A DNA stretch of 63,933 nt, filler included, from Aduncisulcus paluster (lineage: Eukaryota), in NCBI GenBank assembly GCA_024181965.1. It is 37 parts of 37 records of this genome, joined end to end, with 100 filler letters (N's around TTAATTAATTAA, not from the genome) between each part and the next. Parts side by side here need not be neighbours in the genome. Positions count along the whole stretch, not along the records: positions 10,988 to 13,531 come from BQXS01003001.1; positions 13,632 to 15,268 come from BQXS01003002.1; positions 15,369 to 16,445 come from BQXS01003012.1; positions 16,546 to 18,973 come from BQXS01003040.1; positions 19,074 to 20,193 come from BQXS01003056.1; positions 20,294 to 21,993 come from BQXS01003064.1; positions 22,094 to 23,531 come from BQXS01003128.1; positions 23,632 to 25,075 come from BQXS01003133.1; 29 more parts are not named here. One strand, written 5' to 3'. Under the pieces are notes generated by a model. The model saw nothing but the letters and a program-made list of their open reading frames with translations. It did not search any database and had not been told where the DNA came from. Of the stretch, positions 11,075 through 24,260 are shown piece by piece. Each line of letters opens with the position of its first letter. Within the stretch, counting starts at the first letter, position 1. Both the position numbers and the translations under genes were made by a program.

Positions 11075-11697
11075 TGTTGTCAAAGATAGATTGTCAAGAA
11101 AACCCAGTCTTCAAATGGCCACAATAAATGGATGCATTTGAGGCGATGTACTTTAGTTCCAATGTGAGGACTGACATTATATATGGATTTCTTGGAAAGA
11201 AAAAAGTGGTTTATCAGATATTTCGGGACATATGAACATAATACTGATCATTTAAAGGGCGAAAACGAAACACGTGGCCTGTACGCCGAAAGCGTGCTAA
11301 AAACACGGGTTAAAAAAACGTAGTGAAAAAGAGAATGGAAAAGATAAATAAATTAATCCCATAGAAGTATAGATATGGATAAGTTTCCTATGTCCATGCC
11401 ACACAATTCAAGAACAGGGCAATACGACACTATTACAGCAAAATGGGCCAGGAGACAAGGAAAATAAAGAGATAGTACGTTGATAATACGTACGTAAATA
11501 TATTTATTAAAGTAACAGAATCCAATAGAAAATGCATTCGGATTTCTACTAGAATCTATATAATTAGTGGTTTTTCAAATAAAATGGTGTAATAACGGTT
11601 AAAAATACCAAGTTCAACAAAAATTAAGAGTTGAAGAAGTCTTCATATCCTCAACTGACTGGCCATCATGTGACAGAAAACAATTCCAACCGATAGT

Positions 11698-12768
11698 TTA
11701 GTCAACAATAGCTTCTTCAAACATTTGTAACAGAGATAATTTCACTTCTCGTTCATCTTTGTCGATTATTTCAGATAATACTTGGGAAATTAGAGAATAC
11801 TTCTCCTGTCGAAGAAGGCAAGATGGAGGAGCATACGCAATGTAAAAACATTGAATAACGTTAAATAATATCTTACTTTGATTATGTTTTAGCGAATCGC
11901 CACAAATATCATCTCGCAACACCTCACTTCCATAACGTTTCAATAATACGTCATTATCAACCACAATTTTAGATCTTGCTGATAAAATTTCGATTTTATC
12001 AAAGGGAACAACAGAAACATGATTAAAAGCAGTTGGAAATTGAACAAGTAGTTGGGTGTGTCGCAAATCTTCACTACTAATGGATGGAGAGGGAATATCT
12101 GAAGAATATTTAAAGTGGGGTTTTGAAATATCAGTAGATGCTTGAGTCGATGTTTCTTTTTCGAACTGTTTGGAAATAACAATGGCCAATAGAGAACATT
12201 TGTACACGTCATTCCAAGCAATAATAAAATCACCCACTTCAATTGATTTCTTTGATTTTGTGTCAATCTTTTCATTTGGAGCTAATAAAATACATCTATG
12301 AGGGTTAAGGAGATCAATAGACATATGAGATTTTTCGATTAACGGATAACTATATGATGCAATGGGACTAATTATTGTTTTATCTGGGCTTTGTTTTTTC
12401 CAAAAAGAAGGATTTTCTTTTGAAGAATATGCAGATATTTCATTGTTTTCTGAATTTTCGTGAATTGTAGATGAATATGATTTTAGCTCAAGAAATTCCC
12501 CTTTAGAAGGGCTATAGCGTCGTTTTAATGGAATTTCCTTTGAATCTTCTTTCCGGTCATGTGAGGGATCTCCAATGATTTTTCGGTCATCACCTTTTGA
12601 GATAGATAAAAGCTTTGAAATTGATTTTTCTTTGACATCTCCTAATTTTGCAGATATTTTCCTCTTCCTTGCAGCTTCGGCAAGAAATACAAAATCTCGA
12701 GCCATCTTTAACGAGTCCATTGTGGGAACAATTGGAGGTTTCGTTGCCCAAATTGGAAGCTCTATCAT
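11698..12768 (-). CDS. Eukaryotic hypothetical protein (possible Tudor-like domain)
   Basis: 356-aa ATG ORF; IEVGDFIIAW...LLVQF segment. Confidence 0.6.
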   Translation of the reverse strand: MIELPIWATKPPIVPTMDSLKMARDFVFLAEAARKRKISAKLGDVKEKSISKLLSISKGDDRKIIGDPSHDRKEDSKEIPLKRRYSPSKGEFLELKSYSSTIHENSENNEISAYSSKENPSFWKKQSPDKTIISPIASYSYPLIEKSHMSIDLLNPHRCILLAPNEKIDTKSKKSIEVGDFIIAWNDVYKCSLLAIVISKQFEKETSTQASTDISKPHFKYSSDIPSPSISSEDLRHTQLLVQFPTAFNHVSVVPFDKIEILSARSKIVVDNDVLLKRYGSEVLRDDICGDSLKHNQSKILFNVIQCFYIAYAPPSCLLRQEKYSLISQVLSEIIDKDEREVKLSLLQMFEEAIVD

Positions 12769-12991
12769 AATAAATACTTTACGAACACCGTTTAGCTGTG
12801 ATAACGGGAATCAAAACGCATATTTTTATGAACTTTCAATATTTCATTCAGAATTAGGAATTTCCAAATTTATTTCACGGCTAAAATTAAATGATCATAG
12901 GTATTTTATCATATTTTTGAGAGTTTTGGGATTAATTAATTGTCTCTGAGGAGAGAAAAAAAAAATTCATCAGTTTGGTTCACTATCTGAA

Positions 12992-13531
12992 ATGGAAAGG
13001 TCCAAAGATGATAAATTAATACCTAATGACAATTTTCAATCTGTTACACCCGCTCCAATGGGGAAAAGTGGTGTATATGAAACAAAACGAACAATCGAAC
13101 TCTTCGGTGATGTTCGGGCTCAAGATATACGGGAAGAGGTTGAAGATCTCAGGATAAAAATTAAAAAACAAAGCAAAGCCGTGGAAAGTTTTGTTCATAA
13201 TAATTTTATTGAATACGTGTCAACCTTAGAAGGAACCAAAAGAATACATGAAAAAATTTCAGGGAAGATAAAATCATTTCAATCATCGTTTGATTCTCTA
13301 TATTTTGGAGTGGAAAAGGTGTATAACATAAAGCATGAAGAGATGATCAAAAAAGAAGAGGAAGAAGAAATAACTCGTAAAAAAAAGCGATCAATTATGA
13401 ATTCCCTACTTTCATTTGCTCAAGAAGGGCAGGCACTTAGATTTTTTCAACTTTGTTCGTCTAGTACCCTTCAAGAGGACGAAATACAATTAGTCGAATT
13501 TTACAAGGAATTTGTCGAATCCTGTCTTGTT
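12992..13531 (+). CDS. Sec5/Vps51-like tethering-complex subunit, N-terminal part
   Basis: Coiled coil EDLRIKIKKQSKAVESFVHNNFIEYVST resembles the Vps51/Sec5 N-terminal motif. Confidence 0.5.
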
Positions 13532-13749
13532 NNNNNNNNNNNNNNNNNNNNNNNNNNNNNNNNNNNNNNNNNNNNTTAATTAATTAANNNNNNNNNNNNN
13601 NNNNNNNNNNNNNNNNNNNNNNNNNNNNNNNTACTTAAATTCTCAGAGTCGATCTCAAACCTATTATTTACAAGCTATTGAAAAAATATCATATCATTAT
13701 TATACGGTAAGACTAAGATATTTTTAGTTTTAATAAAAAAGGAGAAATT

Positions 13750-15268
13750 ATGGATATTGGAATTCAAGCTGCTTTTGCAGCATTACCTATATTTGTGGCG
13801 GCAGTTCTATTGATAGGTTTGAAATTACCTGCAAAAAAAGCTATGCCGATTGTGTTTTTAGTTACAGCAGGTGTAGCTATATATGTTTGGGAGGTTACTT
13901 TTAATAGAGTTTTAGCTTCATCAATACAAGGTTTATTGATTACTGTGGCAGTTTTATGGATTATATTTGGAGCAATTTTACTTCTTAATACTCTAAAACA
14001 TTCAGGTGCAATGGCATCTATTAGAAAAGGGTTTGACAATATAAGTCCAGATAGAAGAGTTCAAGTTATCATTATTGCGTGGTTATTTGGTTCATTTATT
14101 GAGGGTGCTTCTGGATTTGGAACGCCTGCAGCGATTGCAGCTCCACTTATGGTAGCAATTGGATTCCCTGCTATGGCAGCTGTTATGATTGGTATGATGA
14201 TCCAATCTACTCCTGTATCTTTTGGTGCTGTTGGTACTCCTATTTTAATAGGTGTAAATAAAGGTTTAGATTCTGAAGGTATTGGAGCTACACTAAGTGC
14301 TCTTGGTTCAAATTGGGATACATNNNNNNNNNNNNNNNNNNNNNNNNNNNNNNNNNNNNNNNNNNGATACATATTTACAAATTATCACTTCAGAAGTAGC
14401 GATTGTTCATGCTATTACTGGTACATTGATTCCTTTATTTATGATTATGATGATGACTCGGTTTTTTGGTAAAAACAAATCTTGGTTTGAAGGTTTATCA
14501 ATTCTTCCATTTGCTCTTTTTGGTGGTGTTGCATTTACTATTCCTTATGCTTTAACAGGTGTATTTTTAGGAGCAGAGTTTCCATCATTAATAGGTGCAC
14601 TTGTTGGACTTCCTATTGTTACTTTTGCAGCAAAAAAAGGTTTCTTAATCCCTAAAAACACTTGGGACTTTGCTCCAAAAGAAGAATGGCCAACTGTTTG
14701 GGTAAGTAAATTTGAGATGAAACTTGACTCAATGAGTGCAAAAGTACCAATGTCTTTGACAAAAGCTTGGATTCCATATGTTTTAGTTGCAGTTATATTA
14801 GTACTTACTAGAGTTTCTGATGAAGCAAAAGCATTTGTAAAATCATGGGTTATTCCATTTAAAGATATATTAGGAGAAGGGTTAGGATATACAATTACTC
14901 CACTTTATTTACCNNNNNNNNNNNNNNNNNNNNCCAGGTGGTATTTTAGTGTTTGTTGTTTTACTTACTTACTTTTTACATAAAATGGAATTTAAAGAAC
15001 TTAAGGAAGCGTTTAGTGAGTCTTCAAAAGTTATGCTAGGAGCTGGTTTTGTTTTAGTATTTACTATTCCTTTAGTAAGAATTCTTATTAACTCTGGTGT
15101 AAATGAATCTGGTTTTGATTCAATGCCTGTTGCTATGGCAAATTTTGTTGCGACATCTGTGGGTGATATCTATCCATTATTTGCACCAATGATTGGAGCA
15201 TTAGGAGCATTTATTGCTGGATCTAATACTGTATCAAATATGATGTTATCTCAGTTTCAATTTGGTGT
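13750..15268 (+). CDS. lctP: L-lactate permease (split by gaps, 3' partial)
   Basis: [22 protein letters not shown] and [14 protein letters not shown] motifs; AGGAG SD. Confidence 0.9.
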
Positions 15269-15368
15269 NNNNNNNNNNNNNNNNNNNNNNNNNNNNNNNN
15301 NNNNNNNNNNNNTTAATTAATTAANNNNNNNNNNNNNNNNNNNNNNNNNNNNNNNNNNNNNNNNNNNN

Positions 15369-15758
15369 GAGAATAGACTCAAAAAGCGGACATGCGTCTT
15401 CCGTTGTAGAATCATCCAAAAGTCGTGGACTGTGCAGGATATCGAATTGAAAAATTTCTTGAAAAAAATTCAAGGGACGTTCAAGGGCGACCATACTGAA
15501 ACCGGGAAGTTTCTTATGCTCGTAAAGGTCTACCTCAAAAGAGGGCAGCAGCTCGCGGTCGTCAACCAGAGGATATTGATTGCGGTTTTCAAAGTAAGGA
15601 CGAAGCAGGCAATTTTTAATATGGACATGGTCAAGATGCAGTCGCAATCCATCCAAAGTCCTCGTATCGTAAATATCCTGAGGGGTTACGGTGTCCGTGT
15701 CACAGGCTCCCCCTGTATATTTGGAAAAGGCTTCCTGCCACATATTAAAACCCTGCAA
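15369..15758 (-). CDS. Hypothetical protein, N-terminal part (Desulfovibrionaceae-like)
   Basis: Open ORF running into the spacer. Confidence 0.55.
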
Positions 15759-16114
15759 GTTGCTGTAGGATTAAAATGGACATGTCTTTTGGTGTGTTCA
15801 ATAAGACAATGTCAATTTATATTAATGTATGAGTATCCCGAACTGCAACTAATTACAACTGAAATTATCTAGAAAAATTGTAGAATTTAATTATTCTTTA
15901 AAATAGATAGTTTTTTTTTTTGTTAACAGCTATTTTTGAAACAAAAAAAGCTCACAACGGTAAATCTCCCCTTTTCGGGGGTGTTTAAAAAGGACTGTTA
16001 TTAAAACGGGTATCTGTTGACCGGGAAGGCTCTTTCAAATAAGAATGATACGGATTTGATTATATCATATGATATCTTTCATTTCTAATGAACATAATTT
16101 AAGGATGAAAATAT

Positions 16115-16318
16115 ATGAGTTTAGACGGTTGCTCCATTGAGAAAAATAAAATTGATTGTCCCTGCACCTACAGCGGTTGTCCCAGAGCCGGTGCCTGCTG
16201 CGAATGTATTAAATATCACCGCGCTAAAGATCAGCTCCCGGCCTGCTACTTTACACCGGAGCAGGAAAAAACTTATAACCGGAGCATTGAATATTTCATC
16301 GAGTGCAGGACTAAATAG
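16115..16318 (+). CDS. Small Cys-rich protein (DUF6485-like)
   Basis: CPCTYSGCPRAGACCECIKYH...LPACYF...TYNRSIEYF; AAGGA SD. Confidence 0.75.
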   Translation: MSLDGCSIEKNKIDCPCTYSGCPRAGACCECIKYHRAKDQLPACYFTPEQEKTYNRSIEYFIECRTK

Positions 16319-16321
16319 AGC

Positions 16322-16445
16322 ATGCCTAGAAACGAAATCCTAATAAATATCCTCAGCATCGTCTGTAATGTTTTTGAGGCACACAGTGTTGTCCTGTTTC
16401 TGCCGGACGGGCAGCATGGCTATTCTCTTTCAACTTATTTCAGCC
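16322..16445 (+). CDS. GAF-domain-like protein, N-terminal fragment
   Basis: MPRNEILINILSIVCNVFEAHSVVLFLPDG begins 3 nt after the previous stop. Confidence 0.55.
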
Positions 16446-16545
16446 NNNNNNNNNNNNNNNNNNNNNNNNNNNNNNNNNNNNNNNNNNNNTTAATTAATTA
16501 ANNNNNNNNNNNNNNNNNNNNNNNNNNNNNNNNNNNNNNNNNNNN

Positions 16546-17840
16546 GCTCCTGGCGAAGATCCGGACGTCGCCGGAGCCACCCCGGAACTCGAGCTCGACG
16601 AGGTCGATGAGACCACCGAGGCGCTTGCTAGCGCACACGAATCGTGGCCCTCGTACTTCATCAATCGACCGGGCGGCGCCGATAAGGCCGAAACCCCCGA
16701 TACAAGCCTCAACGCGCGCTACACCTTCGAATCATTCGTCATCGGCGCATCCAACAGGTTCTCCCATGCGGCGGCCGTGGCGGTCTCAGAAGCCCCCGCG
16801 CGGGCCTACAACCCGTTGTTCATCTGGGGTGAATCGGGGCTCGGCAAGACGCATCTGCTGCACGCCGCGGGGAACTATGCACAGCGTCTCTTTCCCGGTA
16901 TGCGCGTCAAGTACGTCTCCACCGAAGAGTTCACCAACGACTTCATCAACTCTTTGCGCGATGACCGTCGGGTCGCGTTCAAGCGCAGCTACCGCGACAT
17001 CGACGTTCTCCTGGTCGACGACATCCAGTTCATCGAGGGCAAGGAAGGTATCCAGGAAGAGTTCTTCCACACCTTCAACACCTTGCACAACGCCAACAAG
17101 CAGATCGTGATCTCCTCCGATCGGCCGCCGAAGGGCCTGGCCACCCTCGAAGACCGGCTACGGACCCGCTTCGAATGGGGTCTGATCACCGATGTTCAGC
17201 CTCCCGAACTCGAAACCCGCATCGCGANNNNNNNNNNNNNNNNNNNNGAACTCATCGCCAGCCGCATCGAACGCAATATCCGCGAGCTCGAGGGTGCCCT
17301 CATCCGGGTGACGGCATTTGCCTCACTGAACAAGTCCCCCATCGAGCTGCCGCTGGCCGAAATCGTGCTGCGCGACCTCATCCCGGACTCCAATGCGATC
17401 CAGATCAGTGCCGCCACGATCATGGCCGTCACCGCGGAGTACTTCGACACCACCCTCGAAGAGCTCCGTGGGCCCGGTAAGACCCGCGCACTGGCTCAGG
17501 CACGTCAGATCGCCATGTACCTCTGTCGTGAGCTCACCGACCTCTCCCTGCCCAAGATCGGGCAGACGTTCGGCCGCGACCACACCACTGTCATGTATGC
17601 GGACAAGAAGGTCCGTGGCGAAATGGCGCAGCGNNNNNNNNNNNNNNNNNNNNNNNNNNNNNNNNNNNNNNNNNNNNNNNNNNNNNNNNNNNNNNNNNNN
17701 NNNNNNNNNNNNNNNNNNNNNNNNNNNNNNNNNNNNNNNNNNNNNNNNNNNNNNNNNNNNNNNNNNNNNNNNNNNNNCGTGAGGTTTTCGATCACGTGAA
17801 GGAGCTCACCGCACGGATCCGCCAGCGCTCGCGCCATTGA
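16546..17840 (+). CDS. dnaA: Chromosomal replication initiator DnaA (5' partial, gapped)
   Basis: [25 protein letters not shown] and GRDHTTV motifs; ends ...RIRQRSRH*. Confidence 0.97.
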
Positions 17841-17853
17841 CCTCATTGCTCCC

Positions 17854-17881
17854 ACCCGGCCCACCGCGGCCGGGTTTTTTT
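17854..17881 (+). terminator. Intrinsic terminator-like hairpin after dnaA
   Basis: ACCCGGC-N8-GCCGGGT followed by a T run. Confidence 0.65.
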
Positions 17882-17939
17882 GTGTCCCCGCGCCGCCACG
17901 CCGTCTCAACACACGCCTATTTCAAGACTTTTCGAGATT

Positions 17940-18538
17940 TTTCTCGACGATTTTTACTCGCCTCGTGTGGCTCACCCGCCACATCCACAACATCGGAGGT
18001 TGTGCACAGGGATGTGGACAGCTGTTGGTCAAACCTGCCATCGCTTGGGGGTTGCTGAACGAATGACACGTGCTCCACATCCACGGGCCGTCAATCACAT
18101 CAGAATCCACAAATTCCTGACAGCCCCACTGAGCCTCTGTGCTGCGATAACACTTGTCTGTCCACAGCTTCCACAGCACCTACTACTACTGCTTAAATCT
18201 CTATCTAATCTCTCTTTTTAAAAGCAGCTGTGTGGATGGAAGCGTCAACATGGCCCGTCCGGCCGGTAACCCGGCGATGGACACGAGGGGTCTTACGAGA
18301 AACCGATCCGCTTTCCCGATGCGCCGAAAGCATCTACGGTTGTGCTTCGGAAGTCGCATGGCCTGATGGCTTCCAACCCGGTTGACGAGACTTGTGCACG
18401 GTGCTCCGGTAAATACCGGATGGCTGCCCGATGCGCTGTCGGTCTTGTCACTCGGACGTGCCACGATGGCCATCACAGATTTTTGTGTTTTTGTGTGGAG
18501 ACAGTCCGACCTGGACAACGAGGAAGCGAAGGGTATTC
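17940..18538. promoter_or_regulatory. Mycobacterial oriC (dnaA-dnaN intergenic region)
   Basis: Multiple DnaA-box-like 9-mers (TGTGCACAG 18001, TGTGGACAG 18013, CTGTCCACA 18158, TGTGGATGG 18231) and an AT-rich DUE at about 18180-18222. Confidence 0.85.
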
Positions 18539-18973
18539 ATGGATCTCGCGAGCCCGACTGCCGCAGACACCAGCCTGAAGTTCAGGGTCGCGCGGGATGA
18601 TTTCGCCGATTCGGTGGCGTGGGTTGCCCGTAGTCTGCCCTCCCGGCCGACGGTTCCGGTGCTGGCTGGTGTGCTGCTGACCGCGCATGACACGGGATTG
18701 ACGCTGTCGGGCTTCGATTACGAGGTTTCTGCGCAGGTGAAGGTTCCGGCCGAGGTTGCGGCTTCCGGTAGTGCGTTGGTGTCGGGCCGACTGCTTTCGG
18801 ATATCACCCGGTCACTGCCGAACAAGCCGGTCGACGTCGCCTTGGAGGGCACCCGACTGTTGATCAGTTGTGGAAGTGCGAAGTTCTCACTGCCGAGCAT
18901 GCCGGTGGAGGATTACCCGGCTCTGCCGTCGTTGCCGGAAGAAACGGGTGCGCTCAGCGCCGATGTGTTCTAG
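18539..18973 (+). CDS. dnaN: DNA polymerase III beta clamp, N-terminal fragment
   Basis: [25 protein letters not shown]...GFDYEVS; follows oriC. Confidence 0.95.
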   Translation: MDLASPTAADTSLKFRVARDDFADSVAWVARSLPSRPTVPVLAGVLLTAHDTGLTLSGFDYEVSAQVKVPAEVAASGSALVSGRLLSDITRSLPNKPVDVALEGTRLLISCGSAKFSLPSMPVEDYPALPSLPEETGALSADVF

Positions 18974-19184
18974 NNNNNNNNNNNNNNNNNNNNNNNNNNN
19001 NNNNNNNNNNNNNNNNNTTAATTAATTAANNNNNNNNNNNNNNNNNNNNNNNNNNNNNNNNNNNNNNNNNNNNTTACTTTTACTCTCATTATTTAGTGAA
19101 TTATATCTTGTAAAAATTAATTCAAAGCTAAAACAAAATATTTTTAACTATAATCCCAAAACAATATACAAAAGAAGGAAAACA

Positions 19185-19607
19185 ATGGAAGAGATATTTT
19201 TTAGATATTTACATTTTATAGGAATCATGGGATTAGCTTCGACATTAGTGATGCAGCATTTAATTATTTCTACAGAGATAACACAAGCAGAACTCAAGAA
19301 AATTATTTTTCTTGATATAATTTATGCCATATGTATACTTCTAGCATTGGTTGCAGGTTTAACATTATGGTTAAGTGTAGGGAAAGATGCAGGTTTTTAT
19401 AGTACAAACTGGGTATTTCATCTAAAACTCACATTGTTTATTTTGATATTTTTATTTTCAATCTACCCAACACTCTATTTTAGAAAAAGTAGAAAAAATG
19501 CGCAAGACACGGTATTTATGCCAAAAATGATAATTATGTCAGTTCGAATGCAACTTTTATTGGTATTTATAATACCATTTTTAGGGGTACTAATAGCAAG
19601 AGGGTAG
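19185..19607 (+). CDS. DUF2214-family membrane protein
   Basis: YLHF...K...FY..NWVFHLKLTLF...SIYPT...ARG. Confidence 0.8.
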   Translation: MEEIFFRYLHFIGIMGLASTLVMQHLIISTEITQAELKKIIFLDIIYAICILLALVAGLTLWLSVGKDAGFYSTNWVFHLKLTLFILIFLFSIYPTLYFRKSRKNAQDTVFMPKMIIMSVRMQLLLVFIIPFLGVLIARG

Positions 19608-19626
19608 TTTCTAACTACACTCTAGT

Positions 19627-20088
19627 CTAGAGTTTGATAACATATATCCCCTCAAACTCAACACATACATTTTCATCTTCTATGATTTGAGATTTTATTT
19701 TAANNNNNNNNNNNNNNNNNNNNATAGAAGCACTTCTTTTTTTCTCAAGTTTTTGCTTTAAAGTTTCTATCTCATCGTTTGTAGGTTTTTTTGTATAACA
19801 TACAATATCTTTTGTAATAGGTTTAAAGTAACTATTTTCATTTTTAATGACAACAATATTTTTACTATCAAACCCCAACTCTTGAGAAATAAGCCAACAA
19901 AGACTCCATGATGAGATAATCGTCATAGTACTTAAACTACCTCCAAAAGCAGTACCTTTGTCGTTGATATTTCTATCTAAAGGTGCTGTTGTGATAAGTT
20001 GTTGCTTGGTGTATTCACAGACATTTAGTTGCATAAATTTCGTAAGTGGTATTTCTGTATGTAGTTTTGTTTGAAGTTTTTGAATCAC
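19627..20088 (-). CDS. YiiD C-terminal-type hotdog thioesterase
   Basis: LHTEIPLTKFM...APLDRNINDKGTAFGGS. Confidence 0.85.
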   Translation of the reverse strand: MIQKLQTKLHTEIPLTKFMQLNVCEYTKQQLITTAPLDRNINDKGTAFGGSLSTMTIISSWSLCWLISQELGFDSKNIVVIKNENSYFKPITKDIVCYTKKPTNDEIETLKQKLEKKRSASXXXXXXXXKIKSQIIEDENVCVEFEGIYVIKL

Positions 20089-20297
20089 TTGTATCCTTTA
20101 TCATTAAATCAATAGTATAGAATTTTATCAAAATAGTTATTTAAAAATACAAAACTCTATAATAAGCACTTCATAATCAGAATTTGAGTAAAANNNNNNN
20201 NNNNNNNNNNNNNNNNNNNNNNNNNNNNNNNNNNNNNTTAATTAATTAANNNNNNNNNNNNNNNNNNNNNNNNNNNNNNNNNNNNNNNNNNNNTAGT

Positions 20298-21755
20298 GTG
20301 TACAAGATGGAAAGACACCCTATTGATGTTTGTTGTTATGATAAAACACTACAAGTAAAATGGGATAACGGTGAAGAGAGTCATTATCACTTTTTGTGGT
20401 TGCGAGACAATTGTCACTGTAAGCAATGTGTAACTCCACTGAGTAAAGAACAAGTATTTGAGATTTGTGATGTACCTTTTGATATAAGACCTAATAGTGT
20501 TGAACTTTTAGAAGATAAGACTATTGAGATCATCTGGAATTATGAAAACCATAAAAGTATCTATCATCCAGCTTGGTTAAAAGAACATTGTTATAGTAAA
20601 AGTTCAAAAGAAAAAAGAAAATTTGTACCAAGGTTATGGGACAAACAAATCATTGAAAAAAAGCTTCCTATCTATGAATACAAGTCAATTATGGAAGATG
20701 ATAGTACTTTACTAAACTGGTTATATGATCAAAGAGATTATGGGATAAGTAAAATCCAACATGTTGAAAACAAACTCAAAACAGTACAAAAAGTTGCTGA
20801 ACGAATCTCATTTATAAGAGAAACCAATTTTGGTACAGTATTTAATGTCATTTCAAAACCAAATGCGAACTCTGCTGCTTATACAAACCTAAAATTACCA
20901 CTGCATACAGATTTACCTACACGAGAACTACAACCAGGGTTGCAGTTTTTGCATTGTTTAGTGAATGATGCAAGTGGTGGAGAGTCTATTTTGGTTGATG
21001 GCTTTAAAATAGCAGAATACTTAAGAGATAACAATCCTGAAGAATATAACGCTCTTACAACTTTGCNNNNNNNNNNNNNNNNNNNNNNNNNNNNNNNNNN
21101 NNNNNNNNNNNNNNNNNNNNNNNNNNNNNNNNNNNNNNNNNNNNNNNNNNNNNNNNNNNNNNNNNNNNNNNNNNNNNNNNNNNNNNNNNNNNNNNNNNNN
21201 NNNNNNNNNNNNNNNNNNNNNNNNNNNNNNNNNNNNNNNNNNNNNNNNNNNGATAAAAATAGTGACTATAGGTTTGATAGTCCGATGATTTTGACAAATA
21301 AAAAAGGAGATATTAGTGAAATAAGAATGGCTAATTTTCTTCGAGGTCCTATGGATATTGATGGTGAGGATTTAGACTCTTTTTACAGAGCGTATCGTTT
21401 ATTTATAATGCTAACTAGAGAGGAGCGTTTTCAATATTATGAGCGTCTTAATGCCGGAGATTTAATAGTATTTGACAACCGTCGAATACTTCATGCACGA
21501 AATGCTTTTAATTTAGAGGAGGGTGACCGTCACTTACAAGGTTGTTANNNNNNNNNNNNNNNNNNNNNNNNNNNNNNNNNNNNNNNNNNNNNNNNNNNNN
21601 NNNNNNNNNNNNNNNNNNNNNNNNNNNNNNNNNNNNNNNNNNNNNNNNNNNNNNNNNNNNNNNNNNNNNNNNNNNNNNNNNNNNNNNNNCAAGGTTGTTA
21701 TGTGGATAAAGATGAATTACTTTCACGAATTAGAATACTAGAAAGAGCTCTATAG
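20298..21755 (+). CDS. Gamma-butyrobetaine dioxygenase-like Fe/2-OG dioxygenase (TauD/TfdA family)
   Basis: N-terminal WLRDNCHCKQC zinc motif, LPLHTDLP and FDNRRILHAR; two N gaps. Confidence 0.88.
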   Translation: MYKMERHPIDVCCYDKTLQVKWDNGEESHYHFLWLRDNCHCKQCVTPLSKEQVFEICDVPFDIRPNSVELLEDKTIEIIWNYENHKSIYHPAWLKEHCYSKSSKEKRKFVPRLWDKQIIEKKLPIYEYKSIMEDDSTLLNWLYDQRDYGISKIQHVENKLKTVQKVAERISFIRETNFGTVFNVISKPNANSAAYTNLKLPLHTDLPTRELQPGLQFLHCLVNDASGGESILVDGFKIAEYLRDNNPEEYNALTTLXXXXXXXXXXXXXXXXXXXXXXXXXXXXXXXXXXXXXXXXXXXXXXXXXXXXXXXXXXXXXXDKNSDYRFDSPMILTNKKGDISEIRMANFLRGPMDIDGEDLDSFYRAYRLFIMLTREERFQYYERLNAGDLIVFDNRRILHARNAFNLEEGDRHLQGCXXXXXXXXXXXXXXXXXXXXXXXXXXXXXXXXXXXXXXXXXXXXXXXXQGCYVDKDELLSRIRILERAL

Positions 21756-21905
21756 TTATACTTATGGTAACAAATCAATGTATAAAATGGATAAAAATAA
21801 TAGATGATTTTATTTTAGTTATGCTTTTATTTTTATTGTGTTATTGTAAACATTATTTTATTGTTGGCAATAAAATTTAAAATTTTTATGATAGGATAAT
21901 TTATT

Positions 21906-21993
21906 ATAGTTAAAAACAAAAAATTAATAGCAAAAAATGTTTTTAAAGTATTTGGGAAAGAACCTAAAAAAGCTTTAAAAATGTTAGAAAATG
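21906..21993 (+). CDS. Glycine betaine/carnitine ABC transporter ATPase (ProV/OpuAA-like), N-terminal fragment
   Basis: KLIAKNVFKVFGKEPKKALKMLEN; start codon unclear. Confidence 0.6.
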
Positions 21994-22093
21994 NNNNNNN
22001 NNNNNNNNNNNNNNNNNNNNNNNNNNNNNNNNNNNNNTTAATTAATTAANNNNNNNNNNNNNNNNNNNNNNNNNNNNNNNNNNNNNNNNNNNN

Positions 22094-23531
<1,438 letters not shown>

Positions 23532-23631
23532 NNNNNNNNNNNNNNNNNNNNNNNNNNNNNNNNNNNNNNNNNNNNTTAATTAATTAANNNNNNNNNNNNN
23601 NNNNNNNNNNNNNNNNNNNNNNNNNNNNNNN

Positions 23632-24008
23632 TTTACATACTTTGCATCTAAGCCTAAACTTTTATAAAAGTCGAGTAAAAAAGTACAAATCTTTTCGTAA
23701 GACTCTTTTACATTTAAATTTTTAAGATAAGTTGTTGGAAGCACCAAACTATATGATAAATCGTGTCCATGAAAAAGTACTCCTCCACCTGTAATTCTTT
23801 TTGCAAAATTTTGATTATATTCTTCCAAATGTGCATAATCCTCAATTTTTTGAGAAATACCTAAAGTAAATGATTTTTCCCAAGTGTATAAACGCAAAAT
23901 AGGCAGATCATTTTCTTCAAACGATAGAGCCAAAGCCTCATCTGTTGCCATATTTAATTTTGCACTGCTTTTTGGGGAGAGTAATAATCTGAATTTTTCT
24001 TTTTTCAA
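23632..24008 (-). CDS. Lipoate-protein ligase A family protein, N-terminal part
   Basis: NMATDEAL, LRLYTW and RITGGGVLFH. Confidence 0.9.
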
Positions 24009-24260
24009 AAAATGACCTTTAGGTATTATGTTACAATAAGTATCACTATATATGTAAATAATTTTATTTATTTGATTTTCAATATATTATAATCATTTAA
24101 TTTTCTATATTGATTACATATTGTAACTAGATTTTTTTAAAAACTAGATAAATTTTACAATTAGTTACATTTTTTGCTAAAATTTAAATATTTTTGTGTA
24201 TAATTACAAAACGCTACGATTTCGCTATATAAGTGTGAANNNNNNNNNNNNNNNNNNNNT

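Noticed and set aside
17880-18600. Many short ORFs between dnaA and dnaN
   Set aside because: They overlap oriC and have no protein motifs; they are chance ORFs in GC-rich DNA.
18971-18973. Premature TAG in dnaN
   Set aside because: It is the last three bases of the scaffold in an essential gene, most likely an end-of-contig error.
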